Shown: piece after piece, positions 19,287-29,667 of the stretch
How positions within the stretch are numbered: position 1 is the first letter of the stretch
How the letters are laid out: the number at the start of each line of letters is the position of its first letter
Assembly (NCBI GenBank): GCA_964511175.1
Contig: CAZEEI010000002.1
Coordinates: 2,063-66,062, forward strand
From: an uncultured Pseudomonadales bacterium
GTDB taxonomy: Bacteria > Patescibacteriota > Microgenomatia > UBA1400 > UBA1396
DNA: 64,000 bases
Reading direction: 5' to 3'
The notes under the pieces: generated by a model
What the model saw: only the letters and a program-made list of their open reading frames with translations
Databases searched by the model: none
Told to the model about the DNA's origin: nothing
Program-made: the position numbers and the translations under genes

Positions 19287-20519
19287 ATGCCTAAAAGTGG
19301 TATGTCACGAGCAGTTATCATTACGCCTACTTATAATGAACGGCCAAATATTGTCAAGCTTGTTCCGGTTTTGGCCGAAGTAATTAAGAAAATTCCCCAG
19401 TGGGAAATACTATTACTAGTGGTCGATGACTCTTCGCCAGATGGTACAGCCGAGGCAGTGCGTGATTTGGCCAAACAGTATTCTTTTGTTCGTCTTTTAG
19501 TAAATAAGCGCAAAAGCGGTCTAGGCGGTGCGTACTTGAAGGGTATGGCCGAAGCTTATGATCAATTAGGGGCGGACGTAGCCTTTGAACTGGACGCCGA
19601 TTTATCACATGATCCCAAAAAAATCCCCGCCTTTTTGCATGAAATTGATCGTGGTGCCGATCTAGTGCTGGGCTCGCGCTACGTCAAAGGTGGTTCTATT
19701 CCCAGCAACTGGGGACTACATCGTAAGTTTTTGAGTGTGGTTGGTAATTGGACTATCTCTTTAGTATTAGCTTCGCGGGCGGTGAGCGACTGGACAACTG
19801 GTTACCGGGCTATCCGCCGTCAAGTTTATGAAACGGTCAAAAATGACCTACAATCAGAGCGTTTCTCCGGTTATACCTTCCAAATTGGTTTTCTGTATAA
19901 AGCATTACGGGCTGGATTTCGCGTTACGGAAGTACCTTTTCATTTTATTGATCGCGAATACGGCGTTTCTAAATTGGGGACGGAATATATCATCAATACG
20001 CTACGCTATATTTTAACCACGCGTATCCAAGAGATAATAAGCTCGCGCATTTTTAAATTTCTGGTGGTGGGCGGCATTGGTTTTGTGGTTAATTTTGTGG
20101 CTTTCCAAGCGTTTAACGTTCTGCATCTCTGGACAGCCCTTCAGCAAAGTTTGGGTTTGATTAATGCGGCACCCTGGCTATCGCTGTTTGCTTCCGATCA
20201 AAGTGTAGCGGTAGTGTTGGGCGCAGAATGTGCCATTGTTTCCAATTATCTACTCAACAACGTTTGGACTTTTGGCGATCGCCGCATTACCGGTTGGCGC
20301 CATCTGCATAAGTTTCTTACTTTTAATGCCGGCTCGGTCGGTTCAGTAGTAATCCAATATATAACCATGCAGGCGGCAATCACTTGGTTTGGCGTCTCCA
20401 CTCTAGGACAAATGGGCGGTTTTCCTTTGCAGAGTGACTCGATCTATTTAGCGATCGGGGTATTACTGGGCATGATTTGGAACTTTACGATTTATAGCTT
20501 AGTAATTTGGAGAAAGTAG
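19287..20519 (+). CDS. Polyprenol-phosphate glycosyltransferase (GT2, Dpm1-like) fused to GtrA-like flippase domain
   Basis: PTYNE, VDDSSPDGT, DADLSH, GSRY; C-terminal KFLVVGGIGFVVN...NNVWTF TM bundle. Confidence 0.9.
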   Translation: MPKSGMSRAVIITPTYNERPNIVKLVPVLAEVIKKIPQWEILLLVVDDSSPDGTAEAVRDLAKQYSFVRLLVNKRKSGLGGAYLKGMAEAYDQLGADVAFELDADLSHDPKKIPAFLHEIDRGADLVLGSRYVKGGSIPSNWGLHRKFLSVVGNWTISLVLASRAVSDWTTGYRAIRRQVYETVKNDLQSERFSGYTFQIGFLYKALRAGFRVTEVPFHFIDREYGVSKLGTEYIINTLRYILTTRIQEIISSRIFKFLVVGGIGFVVNFVAFQAFNVLHLWTALQQSLGLINAAPWLSLFASDQSVAVVLGAECAIVSNYLLNNVWTFGDRRITGWRHLHKFLTFNAGSVGSVVIQYITMQAAITWFGVSTLGQMGGFPLQSDSIYLAIGVLLGMIWNFTIYSLVIWRK

Positions 20520-20520
20520 T

Positions 20521-22107
20521 ATGTTGGAGCCTGCCTGGCGTTCTTACCGGTCCTGGTGGCAGCGGCGGACCAGTGCTGAGCGTGTTACTTACTTAATTTT
20601 GGTTCTAGCCACCGTGGGTGCTGCTATCCTACGCTTGGCTTTTTTTCGTAGCAATTTACAGTATTTAGCCGATCAAGGTCGGGATGTAATTATTGCCTAC
20701 GGTATTTTACATGGCGATATTGCTCTGGTTGGTCCGTCCACTAGTGTGGGTAGCATGTTCTTGGGGCCACTGTACTACTACTTTATGGCACCTTTTTTGT
20801 TATTAAGTAACTTTGATCCAATCGGTCCCGCGCTAGCAGTTGCTTGGCTAGGGATTTTAACTGTCCCGCTGATTTATTGGGTGGGTAAGCGTTTAGTTGG
20901 TCCAGCGCCAGCGTTAATCGCCGCCCTGCTTTATGCCGGTGCGCCGGTGGTAATTGAGTATACTCGTTTTTCTTGGAATCCTAATCCCGCTCCGATAGTG
21001 ATGTTATGCTTACTTTATTGTGTTTGGCGAGCCTGGCGTGGTTCGGCCTGGTGGTGGTGCGGCGCGGCAGCGGCGATTGCTGTCCTCAGTCAACTCCACT
21101 ACGTGGCCCTACTCGCTGCCGCGCCCACTGGTCTCTACTGGTTAGCCGATGTGGTCCGTTCGGTACGATCCCGCCGCCAACGTCTGCCTAGTTTGGGGCA
21201 GTCTACTTTAGCGGCAGGTCTGATCATTTTGTTTTCCTTACTGCCGCTAATTGTCTTTAACTGGCGTTTCGATAATCTAATTTGGAAAGGCTTCGTCGAT
21301 TTCCTGAATGGTGATCAGGATGTCAAAACGGTTGTTCAACCATTGTCTTCCTTAGTGCGTTCGCTGCGGGAAACACAGGGTCGAGCTCTCCAAACCGTGT
21401 TTGAAATTTGGGGAAAGGAATGGAGTCCTTGGTACCGTCAAATCAACATCAGTTTATTGAGCGGCTATGTAGTCGTTTTAGCGGTGGGTTGGTATCGTTT
21501 CAGCCGTTCACGTTACCGCGACGGTTATAATTTGCTGTTGGCAGCGTCGCTTAGTACCTGGTTGGGTCTTTCCTGGTACCGTTCCAGTGTTTTTTTTCAT
21601 TATTTCTCCTTTTTCTTCCCAGTGGCCTATCTTCTAACCGGTATAGTAGTTGTCCAACTTTATCGCTGGTTTAAGTGGCTGGGCTTTGTCCTGGCCGCTG
21701 TTTTGTTGGGTTATATTGGTTGGCTGGCTGCACGCCCGGAAAATACTTTGTATCTTAATCGGTTGGGTTGGCAAATCGATGATGTTAAGCGGGTGGCGGC
21801 GCAAGTTTCCGCTTTAGTACCGGATGGGAAAACTTATTCTTTAACCGAATTATCGGCCTTGCGTGATTACCGCGGTTTGGTTTACCGTTATTTCCTATTG
21901 AAATCGAATCATCCACCGGTGTCGTTGGAACGTTCGGCCGAAGCTGATTATTTAGTAGTGATTGCGGACGATCCCCGCCAACCAGGTGATGTACTAAGCT
22001 CGCCAGTTTACGAAATTGCTGCTTTCCCCAGGGGAGATTACCGTATTGTGCAAAGTGAGAATGGTCCCTGGTTGTACCTTATTAGTCGTTCAACTATGGT
22101 AGAGTAG
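20521..22107 (+). CDS. GT-C fold (ArnT/PMT-like) glycosyltransferase
   Basis: DQGRD in first loop, LGPLYYY, WNPN, multiple TM segments. Confidence 0.8.
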   Translation: MLEPAWRSYRSWWQRRTSAERVTYLILVLATVGAAILRLAFFRSNLQYLADQGRDVIIAYGILHGDIALVGPSTSVGSMFLGPLYYYFMAPFLLLSNFDPIGPALAVAWLGILTVPLIYWVGKRLVGPAPALIAALLYAGAPVVIEYTRFSWNPNPAPIVMLCLLYCVWRAWRGSAWWWCGAAAAIAVLSQLHYVALLAAAPTGLYWLADVVRSVRSRRQRLPSLGQSTLAAGLIILFSLLPLIVFNWRFDNLIWKGFVDFLNGDQDVKTVVQPLSSLVRSLRETQGRALQTVFEIWGKEWSPWYRQINISLLSGYVVVLAVGWYRFSRSRYRDGYNLLLAASLSTWLGLSWYRSSVFFHYFSFFFPVAYLLTGIVVVQLYRWFKWLGFVLAAVLLGYIGWLAARPENTLYLNRLGWQIDDVKRVAAQVSALVPDGKTYSLTELSALRDYRGLVYRYFLLKSNHPPVSLERSAEADYLVVIADDPRQPGDVLSSPVYEIAAFPRGDYRIVQSENGPWLYLISRSTMVE

Positions 22108-22113
22108 AACCAT

Positions 22114-22866
22114 ATGGCCGCGCCTTTTTTATCGGTAGTTATTCCCTCCTATAATGAGAAAACCAATTTGGCACGTGGGGTGCTGGATCGGGTAATCGAT
22201 TTTTTGCAGAAACAGTCTTATGGCTGGGAGGTGGTGCTTACTGATGATGGTTCAACGGATGGCACTGTGGCGGCGCTGCATAGTTTTGCCCACCAGCATC
22301 CAGAAGCGCGGGTAATCGAAAATGTACATCGCGGCAAAGGACCCACGGTGGCCGCCGGGATGTTGGCAGCGACTGGTCAGTATCGCTTATTTACTGATTT
22401 TGACCAATCTACCCCGATTGAAGATTTGGCCAGATTTATGCCGTTTATTCGTGATGGTTATGACGTCGTAATTGGTTCCCGCGCTGTACAGGGGGCGCAA
22501 CGAGCCAGTGAACCTCTCCATCGCCATTTGATGGGTAAGGTGTTCAATCTTTTAGTGCAAATGATTGCTGTTCCTGGTATCCACGACACCCAGTGCGGTT
22601 TTAAACTTTTTTCGGCGGTGGCCACGGAGAAATTATTTCCTAAAATGGTAATTTATGGTGGGAAAGAGCGGCAAGATGCTTTTACCGGTGCTTTTGACGT
22701 CGAGCTTTTGCTGTTGGCGCGCCGCGCTGGCTACCAAATTGCGGAGGTGCCAGTGCAGTGGCAACATAATGAAACCCAACGAGTGAGTCCAGTTAAGGAT
22801 TCACTGCGGATGTTTGGCGACATCATTAAAATCCGTTGGGCCGATTTGGCGAAGCGCTATCAATGA
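22114..22866 (+). CDS. Polyprenyl-phosphate glycosyltransferase (GT2, Alg5-like)
   Basis: PSYNE, DDGSTDGT, GKG, DFDQST, DTQCGFKLF, FDVELL. Confidence 0.9.
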   Translation: MAAPFLSVVIPSYNEKTNLARGVLDRVIDFLQKQSYGWEVVLTDDGSTDGTVAALHSFAHQHPEARVIENVHRGKGPTVAAGMLAATGQYRLFTDFDQSTPIEDLARFMPFIRDGYDVVIGSRAVQGAQRASEPLHRHLMGKVFNLLVQMIAVPGIHDTQCGFKLFSAVATEKLFPKMVIYGGKERQDAFTGAFDVELLLLARRAGYQIAEVPVQWQHNETQRVSPVKDSLRMFGDIIKIRWADLAKRYQ

Positions 22867-24059
22867 ACACACGGTATCGTTGGGGACTCGGTTTTTATTT
22901 TCTCACATTAGTGATTCTAGCCGCGTGGTCTTACGCTTTTACCGATCCTAACTTAATCATGTTGAACCAGCCCTGGTTTGTCGTCTGGCAAAATTATTGG
23001 TGGCAGATAGCGCAAAATGCAGGGTTATTAGGAGGTTTGTTTATCAGTTTAACTACGGTGATGGTGATTGGTTATCTCAATTTATGGCGAGCGCTGTCGG
23101 TTAAATCGATAAGACTAAAAAAGTTTATTCCTTGGTTAACGGCAATTGCAGTGATTTTGTCACTAGGTTATAACGCCTATTCGCACGATATTTTCAATTA
23201 CCTGTTTAACGCCAAAATGATTTGGCAGTACGGTGCCAACCCGCATGTGCAAGTGGCCCTTGATTTTGTCGGCGATCCCTGGCTGCGCTTTATGCATAAC
23301 GTGCACACACCAGCTCCCTACGGCTACGGTTGGACGGTTCTTTCGCTAGTTCCTTATGCCTTTAGTTTTGGTAAATTTCTTACTGCTTACCTAGCCATGA
23401 AGGGGTGGATGATAGTGGGCTGGGTCTGGTTATTGGGGGCAGTTTGGCAGTTAATCCGGTCGGATAAGTTGGATCATCCCGCTCAACGCTGGTTAGGGCT
23501 AGCCTTCCACCCTTTAGTGTTGATCGAAACCCTGCTTAATGGACACAACGATGTTTGGATGATGGCGCCAGCCTTGACGGCTTGGTACTTACTCAGTCAT
23601 CGCCGCCGCAGTGCTACTACTATTGGTTTAGTGATTGGTTTGATGGTGTTTTCGATTTCAATTAAGTTTGTGACAATCTTGTTGTTGCCGCTAATGTTAC
23701 TAACGTGGTGGCCGCTAAAATTGAGACCACAATTAGATTGGATAAGAGATCACTGGGCCGAAATAGCGACCTTATTATTAATATTACCGTTGTTAACGTC
23801 CCGCTCCCAACAATTTCATCCTTGGTATTTAATTTGGGCCCTATCCTTCCTGCCATTAACCCGGTGGCGCTGGTTGGAGTGGGGGGTAAGCGGATTATCG
23901 CTGAGTGCGTTGTATCGTTACTATCCGTGGATTCTTAATGATTTTCAATATACTGATCAAGTCGAGTTGCAAATGCGCCTGATCACCTGGAGCGGTTTAC
24001 TGTTGGGATTAGGCGGGTGGTTAATGGTTCGCTGGCAATATAATCGGAAACATCATTAG
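22863..24059 (+). CDS. GT-C fold glycosyltransferase (MptA/B-like)
   Basis: SHDIFNY, P-YG, GHNDVWM, FHPWY motifs; multi-TM. Confidence 0.75.
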   Translation: MNTRYRWGLGFYFLTLVILAAWSYAFTDPNLIMLNQPWFVVWQNYWWQIAQNAGLLGGLFISLTTVMVIGYLNLWRALSVKSIRLKKFIPWLTAIAVILSLGYNAYSHDIFNYLFNAKMIWQYGANPHVQVALDFVGDPWLRFMHNVHTPAPYGYGWTVLSLVPYAFSFGKFLTAYLAMKGWMIVGWVWLLGAVWQLIRSDKLDHPAQRWLGLAFHPLVLIETLLNGHNDVWMMAPALTAWYLLSHRRRSATTIGLVIGLMVFSISIKFVTILLLPLMLLTWWPLKLRPQLDWIRDHWAEIATLLLILPLLTSRSQQFHPWYLIWALSFLPLTRWRWLEWGVSGLSLSALYRYYPWILNDFQYTDQVELQMRLITWSGLLLGLGGWLMVRWQYNRKHH

Positions 24060-24061
24060 TT

Positions 24062-25552
24062 TTAGTTGTTTTGCCGTACCCTGCTTAGTTCTCTAAAGAA
24101 AAAGGCATCTCCCTTGCCGGTATATTGGTATTGCAGAGTGTTGCCCTCAAGTGTGTTACCAATCCACAGCGCTCGCTGAGTCGACTTTGGATTAAACAGA
24201 ACACCGTTGATTGCATCGGCATATTCAGTCATATTCGACAAAGCACCTAATATTAAACACGTTACCAATGCCTTTTTTATATTTCCTTTGCTTGTTTTAA
24301 GAGCCAAGGGTACATAGGTAAAAATAACCAACCAAGGAATTACTGATACTCTCATTGAAAAATCATGACATAACCCATAATCCACCAATAAAATTATGGT
24401 CATAGTTACCGCAGCCGTAAGCATTAGTCCCTGATCAATCCTGCTCTGTATTGCTCCAGTTTTCCACACTACAGACCACAAGAGTCCAAATTCCAAAGTA
24501 ATAAACAATAGTAAAATCGCCCAATTATTTAAAAGCCAAGTTAAACCTCTAATCTTAGCTGCTGCTCCACCAGCAGTGCCAAGATCCATTGATAAAAAAT
24601 AGAGACTAGTTGGTATGGCAATCACTATTAAAGATAAAATATTGGGGACGCTAATAAATTTTTTAATCCGGAATTTTTCTAAAAGCAAAAGGCAGATAGC
24701 AAATGGCAAGAGACCGATAGCCACTAAAGGGGACCACAACAATAGCAGACAAGCGAATAAAATAAGTAATTTATAATTTGATTTTTTTAAAAGCGTTAGC
24801 GTCTCAAAGGTGGCAATCCAAGCGCAAATATAATGTTGAATCGACCAACGCCAAGCTGTTCCCATGGAATGATAATTGGCAATATGTTGTCCATTGCGTC
24901 CAGTTATATTAGCCCAATGGTCTAGGTGGACTAGAGGATCGGGCCAAGTACCCGTTGTTAGAACATAGCCGATAACGTCCATGCCGGCAAAAAACAAAAA
25001 TAAAAGAAAAGTTTTTAGGGTTGGCTTGCCGGTTGCCACCAACATCCAGAACACGCCCAAGCCAGCACCTAAGAAAGACCAGACAAGTAAAGTTGTTTCA
25101 CAAGCGCGGTAACTGCCTAAAACCTTACCAATTAGTGCAGCTGGTAAATAAAAGGCTACATAGTAATTTAATACCTGGTTTGAACCATCACTAGTCACCG
25201 CATTGTAAGAAACAGGCCAACTTTTCTCATACAAATCATGCAATACGGCATTATTTTTTGCCCAATCTCCTGTCTGTTTTCCGATAACCGCCCCAACCCC
25301 TGTCGCTAGCAATAAAGCTAAGATAATTCCCAGGATAATGAAAACTGTTGATTTTTCCAACGCGAATTTTTTAAAAGGAATTTTTTGGATTTCCTTACCA
25401 GTAAAATATAAAATTACGGTTAATCCTAGAGATAAGATTAGCGGGTAAATATTTTTTAGATTACCCAAATAAAAAATAAAATAAGGGATAATTAAATATA
25501 AAATCCCCAAAAACATCATTAATCGTTGTGATTTTTCTCCAAATACAAACAC
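24062..25552 (-). CDS. Multi-TM membrane protein, probable GT-C transferase of the AT-rich cassette
   Basis: About a dozen TM segments, acidic first loop (GDWAKNNAVLHDL...LNYY..FYLP); follows a GtrB-like GT2. Confidence 0.6.
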   Translation of the reverse strand: MFVFGEKSQRLMMFLGILYLIIPYFIFYLGNLKNIYPLILSLGLTVILYFTGKEIQKIPFKKFALEKSTVFIILGIILALLLATGVGAVIGKQTGDWAKNNAVLHDLYEKSWPVSYNAVTSDGSNQVLNYYVAFYLPAALIGKVLGSYRACETTLLVWSFLGAGLGVFWMLVATGKPTLKTFLLFLFFAGMDVIGYVLTTGTWPDPLVHLDHWANITGRNGQHIANYHSMGTAWRWSIQHYICAWIATFETLTLLKKSNYKLLILFACLLLLWSPLVAIGLLPFAICLLLLEKFRIKKFISVPNILSLIVIAIPTSLYFLSMDLGTAGGAAAKIRGLTWLLNNWAILLLFITLEFGLLWSVVWKTGAIQSRIDQGLMLTAAVTMTIILLVDYGLCHDFSMRVSVIPWLVIFTYVPLALKTSKGNIKKALVTCLILGALSNMTEYADAINGVLFNPKSTQRALWIGNTLEGNTLQYQYTGKGDAFFFRELSRVRQNN

Positions 25553-25555
25553 TTC

Positions 25556-26506
25556 TTAATCCTCAAAATTAATTCTTTTCTCTTCAATAACCAATGGTCG
25601 CCTAATTACTCTGGAATTAATACTCAAAACATATTCTCCTAAGATGCCAATAAAAAATAATTGGACAGCGCCAAGAAAATAAACACCAATAGTAGCCGCT
25701 GCTGCCCCGGCATCAAAACTATACCAGTTAGTTATTTTTTGAAACAAAGTTATGGCGGCCACCATCAAACAGAGTAGGGATAGTCCAGCTCCGACAAAAG
25801 TGGCTATTCGCAGCAGCGTTTTGGAATAAGAAGTGATCCCCAACATTGCAAAATCATACATTTTCAAAAAATTAGCATAAGACTTACCATGTTCACGTTT
25901 ATTCTGTGTGTAATAAATTTTTTCAATACCGAATCCCATTTCCGCAATAATCCCGCGCAAATACGGAACAGGATCATCAATTTGCCGCAGAACTTCAATA
26001 AAAGATTTATCCAACAATTCATAATCCGTAAAATGCGCAATTTGTTCGACTTCGGACATGGTTTTCATTAGCTGGTAATAAATGCTTCGCACGAAATATA
26101 CCAGACCATTTTCTTTACTCTTATTTTTAATGCCAATGATAACTTTGCCTCCACTCTCCCACTTTTTTATAAACCGGGGAATGAGATTAGGTGGATTTTG
26201 CAAATCAGCATGAATGAGCATAATTGCATCACCGGTCATCTGGGTCAATCCATAAAAATGGGAACGAGAGTAACCAAAATTCCGGGCATTGAAGATGGCT
26301 TTTACCCGCCTATCTCGCGCGCACAATGTCTCAATTAATGTTCGAGTTTTATCACTAGAGCAATTATCAATAAAAACAAGTTCAAAATTATATTGAGGCA
26401 ATTTATTTTCCATCACTTTTATAACTTCGGTATAAACCAGTGAAACATTTCCCTCTTCATTATAAGTAGGAACAAGTATGGAAATAACTTTCTTTTTTTT
26501 CTTCAT
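25556..26506 (-). CDS. GtrB/ArnC-like polyprenyl-phosphate glycosyltransferase (GT2)
   Basis: PTYNEE, IDNCSSD, RNFG, ADLQNPP, two C-terminal TMs ending GILGEY. Confidence 0.9.
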   Translation of the reverse strand: MKKKKKVISILVPTYNEEGNVSLVYTEVIKVMENKLPQYNFELVFIDNCSSDKTRTLIETLCARDRRVKAIFNARNFGYSRSHFYGLTQMTGDAIMLIHADLQNPPNLIPRFIKKWESGGKVIIGIKNKSKENGLVYFVRSIYYQLMKTMSEVEQIAHFTDYELLDKSFIEVLRQIDDPVPYLRGIIAEMGFGIEKIYYTQNKREHGKSYANFLKMYDFAMLGITSYSKTLLRIATFVGAGLSLLCLMVAAITLFQKITNWYSFDAGAAAATIGVYFLGAVQLFFIGILGEYVLSINSRVIRRPLVIEEKRINFED

Positions 26507-26512
26507 TCTTTA

Positions 26513-27682
26513 TTAATCTATTTTTACTACTTTAGCAATTTCTAAGGCTCGTTCCAGTGCTTGGTCCATATTATAATACTTAAAGTCAGCCAAACGACCA
26601 CAATAATATAGATTAGGAATCTTGTCCGCTTGCTTTTGATAAGCTGCGTGCTGTTTTTGGCTTTCTTCAGTCAATAACGGATAATATGGTTCAAGTTTTT
26701 TGCCCTTTTTGTATGGTAGGGGATATTCCACTGCATAGGTAGAACCTTTTACTGCCTGTTTAGGTAATTTTTTATATTCGGTAATACGCGTATAACCCTT
26801 GGCTTGTGGATAAGCTACCACCGGCGCCGCTTGTATACTTTTCTTATTCTCATACTTCCATTCAAAACGTAGGGACCGATAAGGAAGACTGCCATGGTTA
26901 CAACCGAATAATTCATCCAGAGCGCCGGTATAGATTACGGGGCAGCTAATAGGTTGTTCTTCTCGCAATAACGTTTTTCCATCGGTAGATACGGATAGAT
27001 ATTTTAAAGCTTCTTTGCCAAGATTTAAGGTGATATTGGGATGATCTAATATTTTTTCGAAAAATGCAGTGTAGCTGACTTTTGGCATCATTTGGTATTG
27101 GTCATCAAAATAACCAACATCATAAGAAAAGCGCAGCGGTACACGTTTTAATATACTAGGATCAATCATTTTGGGTGAAACACCCCATTGTTTGGCGGCG
27201 TACAAACTATAGTCTTTCGCAAAAAGAAATTGGGCATAACCTTGTATTAGTGGATCTTCATTTTCTAATACTTCCATCACTGTAGCAGTTTGGCGCTTAC
27301 CGAATGCGGCTTGAATATGCGCCTTTAATTCCATTGCCTGTTCTAGTGGATAAAAATCATCAATAGTTTGAAAGTTAAATGGTGTTGGTGTGGTAATGCC
27401 ATCGATCTCTGCCAGGCAAATTAATTGATAATCTTGCCAGGCAATAAATCGTTTTAAGTAATTACATAGTGATCTGTTATTGGTATGAAATACGTGCGGG
27501 CCATATTTTTGCACCAAAATACCATGCTGATCAACATAGTCATACATATTGCCGCCAATGTGATTGCGGCGTTCCCAAACAACTACTTTTTTTCCTCTTT
27601 CCTCAGCCAGGTAACGCGCTATGACACTACCGACCAAACCGGAGCCAACAATAATTGCCTCAGAGTTATCCTTAATCAGCAC
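26513..27682 (-). CDS. glf: NDP-sugar pyranose-furanose mutase (UDP-galactopyranose mutase family)
   Basis: IVGSG, HIGGNMYD, YGPHVFHT, LPYRSL, EPYYP, GRLADFKYYNMDQ. Confidence 0.88.
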   Translation of the reverse strand: MLIKDNSEAIIVGSGLVGSVIARYLAEERGKKVVVWERRNHIGGNMYDYVDQHGILVQKYGPHVFHTNNRSLCNYLKRFIAWQDYQLICLAEIDGITTPTPFNFQTIDDFYPLEQAMELKAHIQAAFGKRQTATVMEVLENEDPLIQGYAQFLFAKDYSLYAAKQWGVSPKMIDPSILKRVPLRFSYDVGYFDDQYQMMPKVSYTAFFEKILDHPNITLNLGKEALKYLSVSTDGKTLLREEQPISCPVIYTGALDELFGCNHGSLPYRSLRFEWKYENKKSIQAAPVVAYPQAKGYTRITEYKKLPKQAVKGSTYAVEYPLPYKKGKKLEPYYPLLTEESQKQHAAYQKQADKIPNLYYCGRLADFKYYNMDQALERALEIAKVVKID

Positions 27683-28602
27683 GATGATTTTTCCAATTTT
27701 ACTCTATTGATCACATCTCTGATGCCGTTTTCAAAAGATATTTTTGGCACAAAACCAGTATCTTCTTGTAACGCTGAAAGATCGATACAAGAACTAGGTA
27801 GTCGGTTGTCAACATAAGGAATTTCACCAATACCAAGCGGCAACATGGGGTTAATTAAATCCTTAATGATGCCAATATATTGGTTCAATGGTTGATTGTC
27901 CCCGTGCCCAATGGCATAAAAACGCCCAGTTTTTCCTTTTTTACCTATTAGATATAACGCCTCAATCAAGTCGTCGATGTGGATATAATCCCATTTTTGT
28001 TCCAGTTTGGTAAGTGATGGTTTTTTACCATCTAAAAGTTGATCAATAGTGTAAAAAATAACATTATTATCACGTCTGTCAGCGGCATAAATACCAGTTG
28101 TCACAACGTAGATAAAACCTACTTTTAATTGTCTAGCCAACTCTTCACAGAGGAATCTAGTAGCAATTTTGACGCTACCGTAAGCATTCTGCGCTGAAGG
28201 TATAGCGTTTTCATTAATTGGTTTACTGTAGTACAGATATTCACTGGTTGATCCAGGCAAAATAAATTTTTTAACGCCTGCCATAGCTGCGAAGCGGATA
28301 CAGTTTAAACTCAGTGGAATATTTTCTATCTGCAAATCAAAATCATTGCGACAATCTGGATTCACACCCTGCCATGCTAAGTGATACATCACGTCCGCTT
28401 TTTTAGGAAAATCCGCCAAATGTGACTGTAATTCACTTAATTCGCATTCAACGATATGGATTTTCGGCAAATCAGCCAGACGGTTTTTAGAAGTATTATG
28501 GGAAGTAACATTGGCCCATACTTCGACACCCGCATCAACCAACTGATGTATTAAATGAGAGCCAATAAACCCGCTTGCACCCGTAATAATTGCGCGCTTC
28601 AT
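27676..28602 (-). CDS. NAD(P)-dependent NDP-4-keto-sugar reductase/epimerase
   Basis: ITGASGFIG, HLAW, GSTSEY, YGSVK. Confidence 0.85.
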   Translation of the reverse strand: MKRAIITGASGFIGSHLIHQLVDAGVEVWANVTSHNTSKNRLADLPKIHIVECELSELQSHLADFPKKADVMYHLAWQGVNPDCRNDFDLQIENIPLSLNCIRFAAMAGVKKFILPGSTSEYLYYSKPINENAIPSAQNAYGSVKIATRFLCEELARQLKVGFIYVVTTGIYAADRRDNNVIFYTIDQLLDGKKPSLTKLEQKWDYIHIDDLIEALYLIGKKGKTGRFYAIGHGDNQPLNQYIGIIKDLINPMLPLGIGEIPYVDNRLPSSCIDLSALQEDTGFVPKISFENGIRDVINRVKLEKSSC

Positions 28603-28605
28603 ATT

Positions 28606-29667
28606 TTACTTCAGATACTCCTCAATTTGTTGATTCGTCAATTGAATAATCTCTCCAGAAGGGTATTTATTCAGCAATGCTTTGCTCCACTCCACCGTTT
28701 TATCAACGGCCTGATCAATATGCCAAAGGGGATGCCAATTAAAAACTTTTTTTATCCGGGAACAATCCAATTTTAGGAAATTTGCCTCATGTGGAGCATT
28801 TTTTATTGATATATTTTTCCACTTTGCTGGTTTACCCCAATGAGCGCAAAAAAGATCAACTAATTCTTTGGTAGAGATACAATCTTCATCGTCAGGACCG
28901 ATGTTGTAATTTTCCTCATACACTCCTGGTTGTCCGCATTGTCGACTTGCTATTAACAAATAAGCACAGATTGGTTCCAGAACATGCTGCCAGGGCCGCG
29001 TTGAGTTGGGATTACGCACAATGATAGTTTTTTTTCTTTCCATAGCCCGAACACAATCGGGAATAAGGCGATCCGAGGAAAAATCGCCGCCACCAATCAC
29101 ATTTCCTGCCCGACACGTGGCGATTGCCACTTTACTATCGGCAAAGAAAGCATGGCGGTAAGAAGATGTTACCAATTCGGAACATGATTTGGAATTAGAA
29201 TATGGATCATAACCATTTAAACGATCAGTTTCGCGGTATCCCCACGCCCACTCTTCATTCAAGTAGACTTTATCGGTGGTGACATTAATTACTGACTGAA
29301 CAGAAGGGCAGGAGCGTACAGCTTCTAATAGGTTGACTGTACCCATCACGTTAGTGGCATAAGTCTGTACTGGATCACGATATGATTCACGTACGAGCGG
29401 CTGAGCTGCCATATGGATAACAATTTCGGGTTTAGCTCTGCGCATTGTTTGGCGCAAGTGCTCTAAGTCCCTGATGTCACCGATTACCGAGTTTATTTGT
29501 TTAGTCAAACCAAGCATGGTAAAAAGATTAGGATTAGTTGGCGGTTTTAGTGCATACCCAGTGACTTTGCCTCCAAGACCAACGAGAACCTGGCACATCC
29601 AACTCCCTTTAAAACCGGTATGCCCCGTAATAAATATTCTTTTTCCTTGGTAAGTTGAGAGATCCAT
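28606..29667 (-). CDS. rfbG: CDP-glucose 4,6-dehydratase
   Basis: TGHTGFKGSW, HMAAQPLVR, TTDKVY, DPYSNSK, RAGNVIGGGD, RPWQHVLEP; ATG overlaps rfbF stop. Confidence 0.95.
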   Translation of the reverse strand: MDLSTYQGKRIFITGHTGFKGSWMCQVLVGLGGKVTGYALKPPTNPNLFTMLGLTKQINSVIGDIRDLEHLRQTMRRAKPEIVIHMAAQPLVRESYRDPVQTYATNVMGTVNLLEAVRSCPSVQSVINVTTDKVYLNEEWAWGYRETDRLNGYDPYSNSKSCSELVTSSYRHAFFADSKVAIATCRAGNVIGGGDFSSDRLIPDCVRAMERKKTIIVRNPNSTRPWQHVLEPICAYLLIASRQCGQPGVYEENYNIGPDDEDCISTKELVDLFCAHWGKPAKWKNISIKNAPHEANFLKLDCSRIKKVFNWHPLWHIDQAVDKTVEWSKALLNKYPSGEIIQLTNQQIEEYLK

